Notes under the pieces: generated by a model | The model's database searches: none | What the model saw: the letters and a program-made list of their open reading frames with translations, nothing else | Told to the model about the DNA's origin: nothing | DNA from: Candidatus Latescibacterota bacterium | GTDB lineage: Bacteria > Latescibacterota > UBA2968 | Length of the DNA stretch: 64,000 nucleotides | Assembly (NCBI GenBank): GCA_965222605.1 | Contig: OZ244960.1 | Location: forward strand, 5,696,001 to 5,760,000 | Direction of reading: 5' to 3' | Translations under genes and position numbers: made by a program | Shown: in pieces, positions 37,286 through 46,419 of the stretch | How the letters are laid out: each line of letters starts with the position of its first letter | Numbering within the stretch: the stretch's first letter is position 1

Positions 37286-38713
37286 ATGAAATTGAAACGA
37301 CTTTTGAGCGGATGTGCTATCGCTGGTCTGATTGCATCGGCTGGGATAGCCGAAGAGACCATGTGGGGATTTACTCCAGATCGCAACCTCGTATCAGACG
37401 CAAAAAATTTGCCGATGAGTTGGAATGTAGAAACGGGTGAAAACATCGCCTGGAAAGCAGATCTCGGCGCGCAGTCTTATGCCGGCCCCATCAGGATCGG
37501 TGGTAAAATATTTATGGGGACAAATAATCAGATCGCGCGCAATCCAAAAATCACGGGTGACAAGGGCGTGATCATGGCTTTTCAGGAATCCGATGGGAAA
37601 TTTCTGTGGCAAGCAGCGCATCCCAAGCTGCCCGCGGGGCGTGTCAATGACTGGCCGCAGCAAGGCATTTGTTCCACGCCTTATATTCGCGGGGATCGGA
37701 TGTATTATATCTCCAATCAATGTCACGTGGTGTGCGCGGATACAGAGGGTTTTTTGGATGGGGAAAATGATGGTCCATACACCGGGGAAGAGGATACGAG
37801 CGATATCGGCGTGGATATTATCTGGGAATACGATATGATGGAAGAGTTGGATGTGTTTCCACACAATCTGGCGACCTGTTCGCCCGTGGGAGCGGGGAAT
37901 CTCCTTTTTGTGATTACCGCCAATGGCGTCGATGAAGGCCATGTCGCTATTCCGTCGCCTCTGGCGCCCAGCTTTATTGCAATCGATCTCAATACGGGCG
38001 AACTGGTGTGGGAAAAAGACTATCCCGGCGAAAATATCTTGCACGGGCAGTGGTCCAATCCCGCTTATGGCGTCATCAATGGCAAGCCACAAGTGCTCTG
38101 TCCTGCAGGCGATGGCTGGATTTATGCGCTGGAACCTGCAACGGGCGATTTGATTTGGAAATTTGACTGCAATCCAAAAGACGCGGTGTGGGAGTTGGGC
38201 GGGCGCGGCACGCGCAATGCGATTATTTCCACCCCCGTTATTTACGATAACAAGGTTTTTATCGGCGTCGGGCAAGACCCGGAACACGGCGAGGGCATCG
38301 GACACCTGTGGGCTATTGATGCGACGGGTAGAGGCGATGTGACGGGTAGCCATGCAGTGTGGCACTTTGGCAATGAAGATTTCAACCGAACTATTTCAAC
38401 GGTGGGCATCAGCGATGGCCTGCTCTATGCGGCAGACCTCAGCGGTTTTGTCTATTGTCTCGATCTAAAAACCGGCACACAGCACTGGAAATACGACACA
38501 TTTGCCGCGGTATGGGGGTCACCTTTTGTCGCAGATGGGAAGGTGTATATTGGAGATGAAGATGGCGATGTGGCGATTTTGAAAGCCGGAACACAATTTG
38601 AACTGATCAACGAAATCAATATGGGTAGTGCCGTATATACCACGCCTATTGCAAAAGATGGCATGCTTTACATTGGCACGCGCAATACGTTGTATGCGAT
38701 TAAGGGCGAGTAG
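37286..38713 (+). CDS. Secreted PQQ-like beta-propeller protein
   Basis: Signal peptide, DLxTGxxxW blades, and His/acid-rich loop insertions. Confidence 0.8.
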   Translation: MKLKRLLSGCAIAGLIASAGIAEETMWGFTPDRNLVSDAKNLPMSWNVETGENIAWKADLGAQSYAGPIRIGGKIFMGTNNQIARNPKITGDKGVIMAFQESDGKFLWQAAHPKLPAGRVNDWPQQGICSTPYIRGDRMYYISNQCHVVCADTEGFLDGENDGPYTGEEDTSDIGVDIIWEYDMMEELDVFPHNLATCSPVGAGNLLFVITANGVDEGHVAIPSPLAPSFIAIDLNTGELVWEKDYPGENILHGQWSNPAYGVINGKPQVLCPAGDGWIYALEPATGDLIWKFDCNPKDAVWELGGRGTRNAIISTPVIYDNKVFIGVGQDPEHGEGIGHLWAIDATGRGDVTGSHAVWHFGNEDFNRTISTVGISDGLLYAADLSGFVYCLDLKTGTQHWKYDTFAAVWGSPFVADGKVYIGDEDGDVAILKAGTQFELINEINMGSAVYTTPIAKDGMLYIGTRNTLYAIKGE

Positions 38714-38726
38714 AAGGGGTCATAAT

Positions 38727-39815
38727 ATGGAAGTGTTGGCAACACCTTTTACCGATAAGGTCAAAGAAGCGCGCGATATCCTTGATGTCCATGTGCGCGA
38801 TATGGTCGCGTGGCATTTTGATCCCAATACGGGATGTCCGTTCTGGCTGGAATTTGCAGGGGAACTGGATTTTGATCCTCGCCGTGAAATCGGCGGGTAC
38901 AGCGATCTGAAATACCTCGGGCATTTCCAGGATGAATGGCTACGCGGGGGACCCGTGCGGCGATGGATCCCCAGGGGGAGTGAAGAAAAGCGGACTTATG
39001 TATTTGAGACGGGTGGCTCAACCGGTGTTCCCAAATATCGGATCAGCCAAAATGATTTTCAGATCGACTACGAAATTTTTAGCGAGCACCTCTCAGAAGA
39101 AACATTTCCGAGAGGTGCGGACTGGTTGATGCTGGGGCCAACAGGTCCCCGACGATTGCGCCTGGCTGTTGAATATCTTTGTCAGATTCGCGGTGGAATT
39201 TGTTTTCTCGTGGATCTCGATCCCCGATGGGTCAACAAGCTGATCAAGCGCGGCGCACTTCAGGAATTGGAGCTTTACAAAGCCCATGTTATCGATCAGG
39301 CACTCACTATTTTGCGCGCTAACGACAATGTGAAATGCATGTTCACAACTCCTGCGCTCCTGGAAGAATTGTGCGAAAAAATTTCTCTGCAAAAAGCCGG
39401 GATCAGCGGCATTTTTTGCGGCGGTACAGAGATGAATGCACAATTTAATCGGTTTGCGAGAGAGGAGCTTATCCCGGGCATCGATTTTGTTCCTACCTAC
39501 GGCAATACCCTGATGGGGCTGGCTTATTCCAAGCCGCTGGAACCTGAAGACAATTACGCGATTACTTACTATCCACCCGTGCCCCGCGCGTTTATCGAAT
39601 TGGTGAATCCAAATAATTCCGATGAAGTGGTCGATTACGACGAAGTTGGGCGCGTGATGCTCACGACGCTCACAAAAGAATTTTTTATGCCCCGATTTCT
39701 CGAACGCGACGAGGCCGAACGCGCCAAACCGATTGACGCTTATCCCTGGGATGGCGTGAGAAACCTGGGTCTGTTCTCCGAGTTGCAGGAATCTGTCGTT
39801 GTCGGGGTGTATTAA
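38727..39815 (+). CDS. EhpF/GriC-like truncated adenylate-forming enzyme (LuxE/PaaK-related)
   Basis: WHFDPNTGCPFW, P-loop ETGGSTGVPK, DLDPRWV, YGNTLMG, ERD. About 360 aa and lacks the ANL C-terminal domain. Confidence 0.7.
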   Translation: MEVLATPFTDKVKEARDILDVHVRDMVAWHFDPNTGCPFWLEFAGELDFDPRREIGGYSDLKYLGHFQDEWLRGGPVRRWIPRGSEEKRTYVFETGGSTGVPKYRISQNDFQIDYEIFSEHLSEETFPRGADWLMLGPTGPRRLRLAVEYLCQIRGGICFLVDLDPRWVNKLIKRGALQELELYKAHVIDQALTILRANDNVKCMFTTPALLEELCEKISLQKAGISGIFCGGTEMNAQFNRFAREELIPGIDFVPTYGNTLMGLAYSKPLEPEDNYAITYYPPVPRAFIELVNPNNSDEVVDYDEVGRVMLTTLTKEFFMPRFLERDEAERAKPIDAYPWDGVRNLGLFSELQESVVVGVY

Positions 39816-39837
39816 ATCGGGCGGATCGTTTATCCTA

Positions 39838-40977
39838 TCAGGGTAACCCCAACTCACGACAGAAGGTAGAAAACGGTAGAACGCGCGTGTTGTCTGCCGC
39901 GTTGCCGAAATCTTTTGTGCCCAGATGTACCTGGTAGAATCGCGAAATATCTGTTCGCTCCCTGAAGTACCTGCATGCGGGAGATGTCCCGCGCTCGCCA
40001 GTTTTGCACTCGACGGCAAATTCCGCATATCCATCGCGGAGAACGACAAAATCTACCTCGCGCTTGTCGGTATCGCGGATGAAGCGCAATTCCATGTCAT
40101 ATCCTTCAGTGTCTTCGACATAGTGGCAGTACTTCAGCAAGTGTCCGGCTACCATGTTCTCAAATCGGGCACCGCGGTCTGTTACGCGCGACCAGTCCCA
40201 GAAATATAGTTTTTTTTCTTTGCGTACGGCTCTGATCCTCTTTGCTCCAAACGGCGGAATGCGATAGCACAGGTACAGCCGTTCAAAGATCGCAAGCCAG
40301 CGTTCAACGGTTTCGTAAGCCACTTGCAAGAGTTTGCTGAGGCTATTGACCGAAAGCGGGGATCCCACGCAGGCGGGCAGGTGAGACAATAGCAGGTCCA
40401 GCATGGATACCTCTCGCACATTTTCCAGGTCACGGAGGTCTTCATAGATGACTCTTGTGGAATGCTCGCGTAGCCACCGGCGGTGAAATCGCGCCTCTCC
40501 CCTGAGAAAAGGCTCGGGGAAACCGCCAAATCTGAGTAATTGCGCCACGAGTGCGTTGTCTGGCTTCTGCCCGCATTCCATCAGGGTGAAGGGATGAAGA
40601 CGGTAATAGTGATACCGCCCCTGCAATGAGTCGCCGCCTTTGCGATAGTAGTCCAGCCGTGCCGAACCGGTGACAATAAAAGAAACGGATGTCTTGTTTT
40701 TGTCGAATAATCCCTTCATTAGATTTCGCCACAGCGCGTATTTGTGAATTTCATCGAAAATGATGCAAGTTTGTCCAGAAGGGAGTCTTCCCGCCAGAAT
40801 ATCCTCGCGATCGGCCAGTACATCCCAGTTCAGGTAGGCAGGTGACGACTCATTCTGGCCTTGCCCCAGTAGAGAGATTGCAAGTGTTGTTTTTCCAACC
40901 TGGCGCGGACCGCCGATGAATATCATCCTGTCTGCGATATCTGTTTTAATATGATCCATGATGTGGCGAGGTTCCAT
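39838..40977 (-). CDS. AAA_14 ATPase with a C-terminal DUF4143 (REase-like) domain
   Basis: GPRQVGKTT, FDEIH, TGSAR, SLQGR, GGFPE, REVDFV...ECK. Confidence 0.88.
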   Translation of the reverse strand: MEPRHIMDHIKTDIADRMIFIGGPRQVGKTTLAISLLGQGQNESSPAYLNWDVLADREDILAGRLPSGQTCIIFDEIHKYALWRNLMKGLFDKNKTSVSFIVTGSARLDYYRKGGDSLQGRYHYYRLHPFTLMECGQKPDNALVAQLLRFGGFPEPFLRGEARFHRRWLREHSTRVIYEDLRDLENVREVSMLDLLLSHLPACVGSPLSVNSLSKLLQVAYETVERWLAIFERLYLCYRIPPFGAKRIRAVRKEKKLYFWDWSRVTDRGARFENMVAGHLLKYCHYVEDTEGYDMELRFIRDTDKREVDFVVLRDGYAEFAVECKTGERGTSPACRYFRERTDISRFYQVHLGTKDFGNAADNTRVLPFSTFCRELGLP

Positions 40978-40999
40978 ACTTATCACCTTTCTCGCATGT

Positions 41000-41067
41000 C
41001 GTGAGTATTTTAGACTAAACCTTAATATACTCGTGAGCATTTTAGAGTCAATATGAAAATACTCACG
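41000..41067. promoter_or_regulatory. Tandem 32-bp palindromic units upstream of the AAA_14-DUF4143 gene (putative operator)
   Basis: 41001-41032 and 41033-41064 match at 25 of 32 positions. The outer perfect 12-bp inverted repeat is CGTGAGTATTTT/AAAATACTCACG. Confidence 0.55.
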
Positions 41068-41249
41068 TTGGGCTGGTGTTTCTATCGTGTTATTGCGCTT
41101 GCTTTTAATGAGGCGAAGTGCTACTTTTTTATGCTAAACGCGATTTAAAACCACATTTGTGGATGATTTAATAGTTATTAAATTTTTTCCCAAAATGTTG
41201 CGAGTAGGTGATAATTGGTTGGTGCCAGTCTTTCAAAGAGGCAAAATAA

Positions 41250-42674
41250 ATGATTCACTTACCCATTTTACGTGCGGGAAAACCCTACACCAGCTTGAGC
41301 GTTCAGGAAGTCTCGCATATTCAAACTGGCGAGCCACTCGTTCAGGTCAGTCAGGCAAACCGGGGGCTGGTCGCGAAAGACTTGAATGCAGCCGCGGCGA
41401 ACAAACACGCGCTCGATAGGCTGAGTGTATCCGAACTTGCAGGTATGACCCGCGAAGCTGCGCGCTTATTTGCAGAAGCCGATTTGCCACTTGGCGATCA
41501 TATCCAGACGCCTGATGACTATGTCAAACAGGTGTCTGGCACAACGGGCATGCCCGAAGCTCTCTGCCGCGCGAATATGGAAAAAATTCGGCTCGTATGC
41601 ACGGAAATCGAAGCTATATTAGGGGGCCTCACGCGCGGGTTAGACCTCGCTGTGCTCGATGAGGGGTGGTACGATCAGGATGGTCGCTCTCTCAGCTATA
41701 TTTGTCAGGCCGATGCGCTCGGGGCCATTTTGCCGAGCAATTCGCCGGGGGTACACGCGCTGTGGGTTCCGTCCATACCGCTCAAAGTGCCTCTCGTTCT
41801 AAAACCCGGACGCGAAGAGCCATGGACGCCTTTCCGCATTGCACAGGCGTTCATCGAAGCGGGGTGTCCACCAGAAGCGTTTGGGTTCTATCCGACGGAT
41901 CACGGTGGCGCCACTGAAATTTTGCTTCGCTGCGGTCGTTCCATGCTCTTTGGGGGCGGGGCGACGGTTGCGCCCTGGCTGAGCGATCCCCGCGTGGAAA
42001 TTCACGGGCCGGGGCAGAGTAAGGTCATTATTGGCGAAGATATGATAGATCGCTGGGAAGACTGTCTCGACATCGCGGTTGCCTCGATTACTGCAAATGG
42101 TGGTCGTTCCTGCATCAATGCGTCGGGTGTGTGGGTTCCCGCGCATGGCAGAAAAATTGCCGAAGCACTCGCCGAGCGATTGGCAAAAATTGTCGGGAGA
42201 CCTCTATATGATCCAGAAGCGCAGATCGCCGCATTTACCAATCCCGCATTCGCCGATCAAATTTCGACAACGATAGACATTCATCTCATAACGTCAGGAG
42301 CCGAAGATCTGACCGAAAAAATTCGCGGTGATCGGCTGGTCGAGATCGATGGATTAAAATTTTTAAATCCCACTGTTGTCTGGTGTGATGATTTTGAACA
42401 TCCTCTCGCAAATACCGAATATCTGTTTCCATACGCGAGCGTGGTCGAAGTTCCTCAGTCGGAAATTCTGGACAGGATTGGACCGAGTCTCGTGGTGACA
42501 GCAATAACAGAAGACAGTACATTTATCGACAAATTGCTCAATTCGCCCCAGGTAGAACGCCTCAATGTGGGCGCAATTCCCACGCATCAGATCTCGTGGG
42601 ATCAACCACACGAGGGCAATTTGTTCGAACACTTGTATCGGCAGCGCGCGCTGCAATGGGCGAAACAGGCTTAG
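41250..42674 (+). CDS. Aldehyde-dehydrogenase-fold protein, GriD/EhpG-like acyl-AMP reductase
   Basis: LPSNSPGVH, LKPGREEP, catalytic NGGRSCINAS, EYLFP. EIHGPG stands in place of ELGG. Confidence 0.7.
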   Translation: MIHLPILRAGKPYTSLSVQEVSHIQTGEPLVQVSQANRGLVAKDLNAAAANKHALDRLSVSELAGMTREAARLFAEADLPLGDHIQTPDDYVKQVSGTTGMPEALCRANMEKIRLVCTEIEAILGGLTRGLDLAVLDEGWYDQDGRSLSYICQADALGAILPSNSPGVHALWVPSIPLKVPLVLKPGREEPWTPFRIAQAFIEAGCPPEAFGFYPTDHGGATEILLRCGRSMLFGGGATVAPWLSDPRVEIHGPGQSKVIIGEDMIDRWEDCLDIAVASITANGGRSCINASGVWVPAHGRKIAEALAERLAKIVGRPLYDPEAQIAAFTNPAFADQISTTIDIHLITSGAEDLTEKIRGDRLVEIDGLKFLNPTVVWCDDFEHPLANTEYLFPYASVVEVPQSEILDRIGPSLVVTAITEDSTFIDKLLNSPQVERLNVGAIPTHQISWDQPHEGNLFEHLYRQRALQWAKQA

Positions 42675-42677
42675 AAG

Positions 42678-43793
42678 ATGGAAGCATTTGATTTTTATCC
42701 CACTGCGCGCGTGGTGTTTGGGGAGGGCACACTCGCGCAATTGGGGAAACTATCAGAAGAATTGGGCGGTAGCCGTATTCTTTTTGTGACCGATCCAGGG
42801 ATTGTAAGTGCCGGGCTTGCAGACCGTGCGATTGCGGTGCTTCAACGCGCTTCCCTGGATTTTTTTGTGTTTGATAGTGTGGACGAAAATCCCACGACCG
42901 CGCATATAGAGGCCGGTGTCGCGTTTGCAAAAGCGCGTGGAAATATTGATCTGATCGTCGGGATGGGCGGGGGTAGCGCGATGGATTGCGCCAAGGGGAT
43001 CAATTTTATCCTGACCAACGGCGGGCAGATAGAAGATTATCAGGGTATGGGCCATGCAGCAAAACCCATGTTGCCCTCTATCGGGATACCAACGACCGCG
43101 GGCACGGGGAGCGAAGCGCAGTCCTACGCGCTTATTTCTCATGCAGATACCCATGTCAAGATGGCCTGTGGCGATCTGAAGGCGCGATTTCGGAGTGTTA
43201 TTCTCGATCCTTCGCTAACCGAAAGTGTGCCAGAAAATGTCGCCGCAGCAGCGGGTATAGACGCCATTGCCCACGCTATTGAAAGTTATGTTTGCACGCG
43301 CCGCAATGCGGTTTCTATGATGTTCGCGCAAAAGGCGTGGCAATTGCTTTCATCGAGTTTTGAACGCGCACTAAAGGATGCTTCCGATAGCGAGGCGAGG
43401 AGCAAAATGCTTTTGGGCGCACACTTTGCCGGCGCGGCTATTGAGAATGCCATGTTGGGTGCAGCCCATGCCTGTGCCAATCCATTGACCGCTCATTTTG
43501 GCATTGCGCATGGCGTCGCTGTGGCACTTATGCTGCCCGCTGTCGTCCAATTCAATGGGGAAGCTGAAGGCACGCGCTATCGCGGGCTCGGCTTTGATGT
43601 CAAGGAACTTGTCGAGAAGGTCGCTTCTATGAAAGAATGTGCAAATCTGCCTTTTCGGCTGCGCGACCTCGGCGTAGAACGCGATAGTCTCCCAATACTG
43701 GCAAGAGATGCGACAGAACAATGGACAGGTACGTTTAATCCGAGACCTGTTGGCGAAAATGATTTTCTCACCCTTTACGAATCGGTGTATTGA
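42678..43793 (+). CDS. Iron-containing alcohol dehydrogenase
   Basis: GGGSAMDCAK, PTTAGTGSE, DAIAHAIE, HACANPL...HG. Confidence 0.92.
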   Translation: MEAFDFYPTARVVFGEGTLAQLGKLSEELGGSRILFVTDPGIVSAGLADRAIAVLQRASLDFFVFDSVDENPTTAHIEAGVAFAKARGNIDLIVGMGGGSAMDCAKGINFILTNGGQIEDYQGMGHAAKPMLPSIGIPTTAGTGSEAQSYALISHADTHVKMACGDLKARFRSVILDPSLTESVPENVAAAAGIDAIAHAIESYVCTRRNAVSMMFAQKAWQLLSSSFERALKDASDSEARSKMLLGAHFAGAAIENAMLGAAHACANPLTAHFGIAHGVAVALMLPAVVQFNGEAEGTRYRGLGFDVKELVEKVASMKECANLPFRLRDLGVERDSLPILARDATEQWTGTFNPRPVGENDFLTLYESVY

Positions 43794-43799
43794 TCCGCA

Positions 43800-44900
43800 A
43801 TGAGAACGACTCTTTTTTTTGTGTTTTTTGTTATATTTTTAGTTTCTGTCCATGCAGAAGAATGGAGCCGATTTCGCGGGGATGCACAATCTACTGGTGT
43901 TGCAAATAGCAGCTTGTCCTCCGAACTGGATGTGCTGTGGACGGCACAGGTCGAAATTGGGATTGAGTCCACCGCTGCAATCTGGCAGGATGCGGTGTAT
44001 GTGGGCGGGTTGGACAAAAAGCTATACGCTTTTGATTTTAATAGCGGTGCGATCAAGTGGACGTATTTGGCTACAGGCGAGATCAAATCGTCGCCATTGG
44101 TTTTTGGTAAAACCGTATTCTTTGGCGATGATAATGGTATTTTTCACGCTGTTGATGCACAAACAGGTAACGCACTTTGGACGTTTCAAACAGATGGGGA
44201 GATTATCTCGTCGGCAAATGCAACCGAGGGGCGCGTCCTGTTTGGGTCTTATGATCAGTTCTTATACTGCCTCGCGCCAGAAGATGGCTCTTTGTTGTGG
44301 AAGATAGAAACAGATGGTTATGTTCACGGCATGCCGGCTATTGCACAAGCGCATACACTTATCGCGGGCTGTGATGGTATTTTGCGCGTTATCGATATTG
44401 CCAGCGGAAAAGAGCAATCGCAAATTGAACTCGGTGCTTATGTGGTCGCCAGCGCAGCCGTTCATCAGGCGCGCGCTTATGTAGGGACTTATGAAAGCCA
44501 GGTTTTGTGCATCGACTTGAAGTCAAAAGAAATTGCCTGGCGATACGAACATCCACAGCGGAAATATCCCTTTTTTGCATCGCCATCTGTGATCTCTGCG
44601 CGGGTCATTGTTGCAGGGCGCGACAAAATGGTTCACGCGCTCGATTCCGATACGGGTGATGTTTTGTGGACCTACACAGCCCGCGCCCGATTTGAAGCAT
44701 CTCCTGTTGTGGTGGGTGATCGCGTTTTTGTAGGTTCAATAGACGGAAAGATCGTGGCATTAAATCTCGAGACCGGTGAACCCGATTGGGAATTTGTAAC
44801 CGGGTCGGAATTTATCGCCTCGCCCAGTGTGGCGCGCAAGCGGCTGATTATTGGCACAACAGATGGCACGTTATATTGTTTTGGAAAGGCGGAAAAATGA
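43800..44900 (+). CDS. Secreted PQQ-like/BamB-like beta-propeller protein
   Basis: Signal peptide, WSRFRGD, and about eight regular SSP..V..G..DG..Y..D..TG...W blades. Confidence 0.85.
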   Translation: MRTTLFFVFFVIFLVSVHAEEWSRFRGDAQSTGVANSSLSSELDVLWTAQVEIGIESTAAIWQDAVYVGGLDKKLYAFDFNSGAIKWTYLATGEIKSSPLVFGKTVFFGDDNGIFHAVDAQTGNALWTFQTDGEIISSANATEGRVLFGSYDQFLYCLAPEDGSLLWKIETDGYVHGMPAIAQAHTLIAGCDGILRVIDIASGKEQSQIELGAYVVASAAVHQARAYVGTYESQVLCIDLKSKEIAWRYEHPQRKYPFFASPSVISARVIVAGRDKMVHALDSDTGDVLWTYTARARFEASPVVVGDRVFVGSIDGKIVALNLETGEPDWEFVTGSEFIASPSVARKRLIIGTTDGTLYCFGKAEK

Positions 44901-46243
44901 GCGAGAAAATCCAGATTCCAGAGCCGGCGACGACCCGCAAAGTGTGGAAGGAGACAGATGTTGGGAGCGTGTTTGTTTCCAATTATCCGCCTTACTCTTT
45001 TTGGCGCGATGAAAACACAGCAGAGATTGAGGAGATGTTGCACATATCCGACTCAGGGGGCAGAGATACACCCCTGGGCCTTTACATGCATATTCCATTT
45101 TGCCGAAAGCGGTGCAAGTTCTGTTATTTTCGGGTTTATACAGATCGCAATAGCGCTGAAATTCAAACGTATTTGGATGCTCTGGCAAAAGAGGTAGAAA
45201 CTTATAGTGCCTTGCCGCGTATTGCAGGTCGAAAATTGAACTTTGTTTATTTTGGCGGTGGTACGCCGTCCTATATCAGTGTCAAACACTTAAAGGTTTT
45301 GGTTGACAGGGTCAAGGCTGTGATGCCGTGGGATGATGCGGAAGAGGTGGCATTTGAGTGCGAACCGGGCACGCTTTCACAGTCCAAAGTTGAGGCTGTC
45401 CGGGAAATCGGCGTCACGCGCTTGAGCCTGGGATTGGAAAACTTAAACGACGATATTTTGCGGGAGAATGGTCGCGCGCACGTCAGCAAAGAAATTTACA
45501 GGGCCATGCCCTGGGTCAAGGCGCAGGAATTTGCACAGGTCAATGTAGATTTAATCGCAGGTATGGTCGGGGAATCGTGGGAATCGTGGCGAGATACAGT
45601 GCAGGGCACCATTGATCTCGACGCGGATAGCGTTACTATCTATCAGATGGAATTGCCGTTTAATACGACGTATTCAAAAGCGATACGCGATGGGGGAGGT
45701 TTGCCTGTCGCCGATTGGGAGACCAAGCGGGCCTGGCACAATTACGCGATTGAAGAATTTGCCAAAGCGGGTTATGAAACATCGAGTGCTTATACGCTGA
45801 CCAAAAAAGGGCGCTTGAACAAATTCGTCTATCGAGATGCTCTGTGGCGCAGCGCGGATCTCATCGGTACGGGTGTGGCTTCTTTTTCTCATGTGGGTGA
45901 TATGCATTTTCAAAACCAGACGCATTGGGATCCCTATATCGAAACCATTGGCAAAGGGCAACTTCCGATCAATCGCTCTTTTGTACCAACAAAAGAAGAG
46001 CGGCTGATCAGAGAGATGATTTTGCAACTCAAGCTCGGGCGGATTGAAACCGCTTATTTCCAGAATAGATTTGGCGTCAATATCCTGCACCAATTTGGTG
46101 CAGCCTATCAAAAACTCAGGGATTACGAGATGCTGGATTTCGATTCGCAAAGTATCACTCTGAGCAGGGAGGGACTGTTGCGCGTCGATCAATTGCTACC
46201 CGAATTTTATCACCAAAAATATCGCAATTCGCGTTATACATGA
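44897..46243 (+). CDS. HemN-like (class C) radical SAM enzyme
   Basis: LYMHIPFCRKRCKFCY, GGGTPS, RLSLG, NVDLIAG. ATGA-coupled to the upstream propeller gene. Confidence 0.85.
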   Translation: MSEKIQIPEPATTRKVWKETDVGSVFVSNYPPYSFWRDENTAEIEEMLHISDSGGRDTPLGLYMHIPFCRKRCKFCYFRVYTDRNSAEIQTYLDALAKEVETYSALPRIAGRKLNFVYFGGGTPSYISVKHLKVLVDRVKAVMPWDDAEEVAFECEPGTLSQSKVEAVREIGVTRLSLGLENLNDDILRENGRAHVSKEIYRAMPWVKAQEFAQVNVDLIAGMVGESWESWRDTVQGTIDLDADSVTIYQMELPFNTTYSKAIRDGGGLPVADWETKRAWHNYAIEEFAKAGYETSSAYTLTKKGRLNKFVYRDALWRSADLIGTGVASFSHVGDMHFQNQTHWDPYIETIGKGQLPINRSFVPTKEERLIREMILQLKLGRIETAYFQNRFGVNILHQFGAAYQKLRDYEMLDFDSQSITLSREGLLRVDQLLPEFYHQKYRNSRYT

Positions 46244-46262
46244 GCGATCAATGCGAATTAAA

Positions 46263-46306
46263 AATTAAAAATTGAGGAACGGTGTACAACTGCGTAGCAG
46301 TTCATT
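46263..46306 (+). repeat. Dispersed ~45-bp intergenic repeat, copy 2
   Basis: AATTAAAAATTGAGGAACGGTGTACAACTGCGTAGCAGTTCATT, containing the hairpin AACTGC-GTA-GCAGTT. Confidence 0.8.
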
Positions 46307-46419
46307 AAGAATTGTATGCACGGAGGTATCGGATGCACAGGCAGAGCCTGTGACCGGAAGGAGCGAGTAATAGTCGGAAGAGGCCGGGGGACTGATATCT
46401 GACAACAGGAGACGGCGCT

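Noticed and set aside
38727-42674. lux bioluminescence operon or phenazine cluster
   Set aside because: The logic is LuxE/LuxC-like, but the window has no luxAB/luxD and no phz core genes.
46244-46419. Cobalamin or other riboswitch upstream of the TonB receptor
   Set aside because: No B12-box or other recognisable aptamer consensus. The region is explained by short repeats and hairpins. An Rfam scan would settle it.
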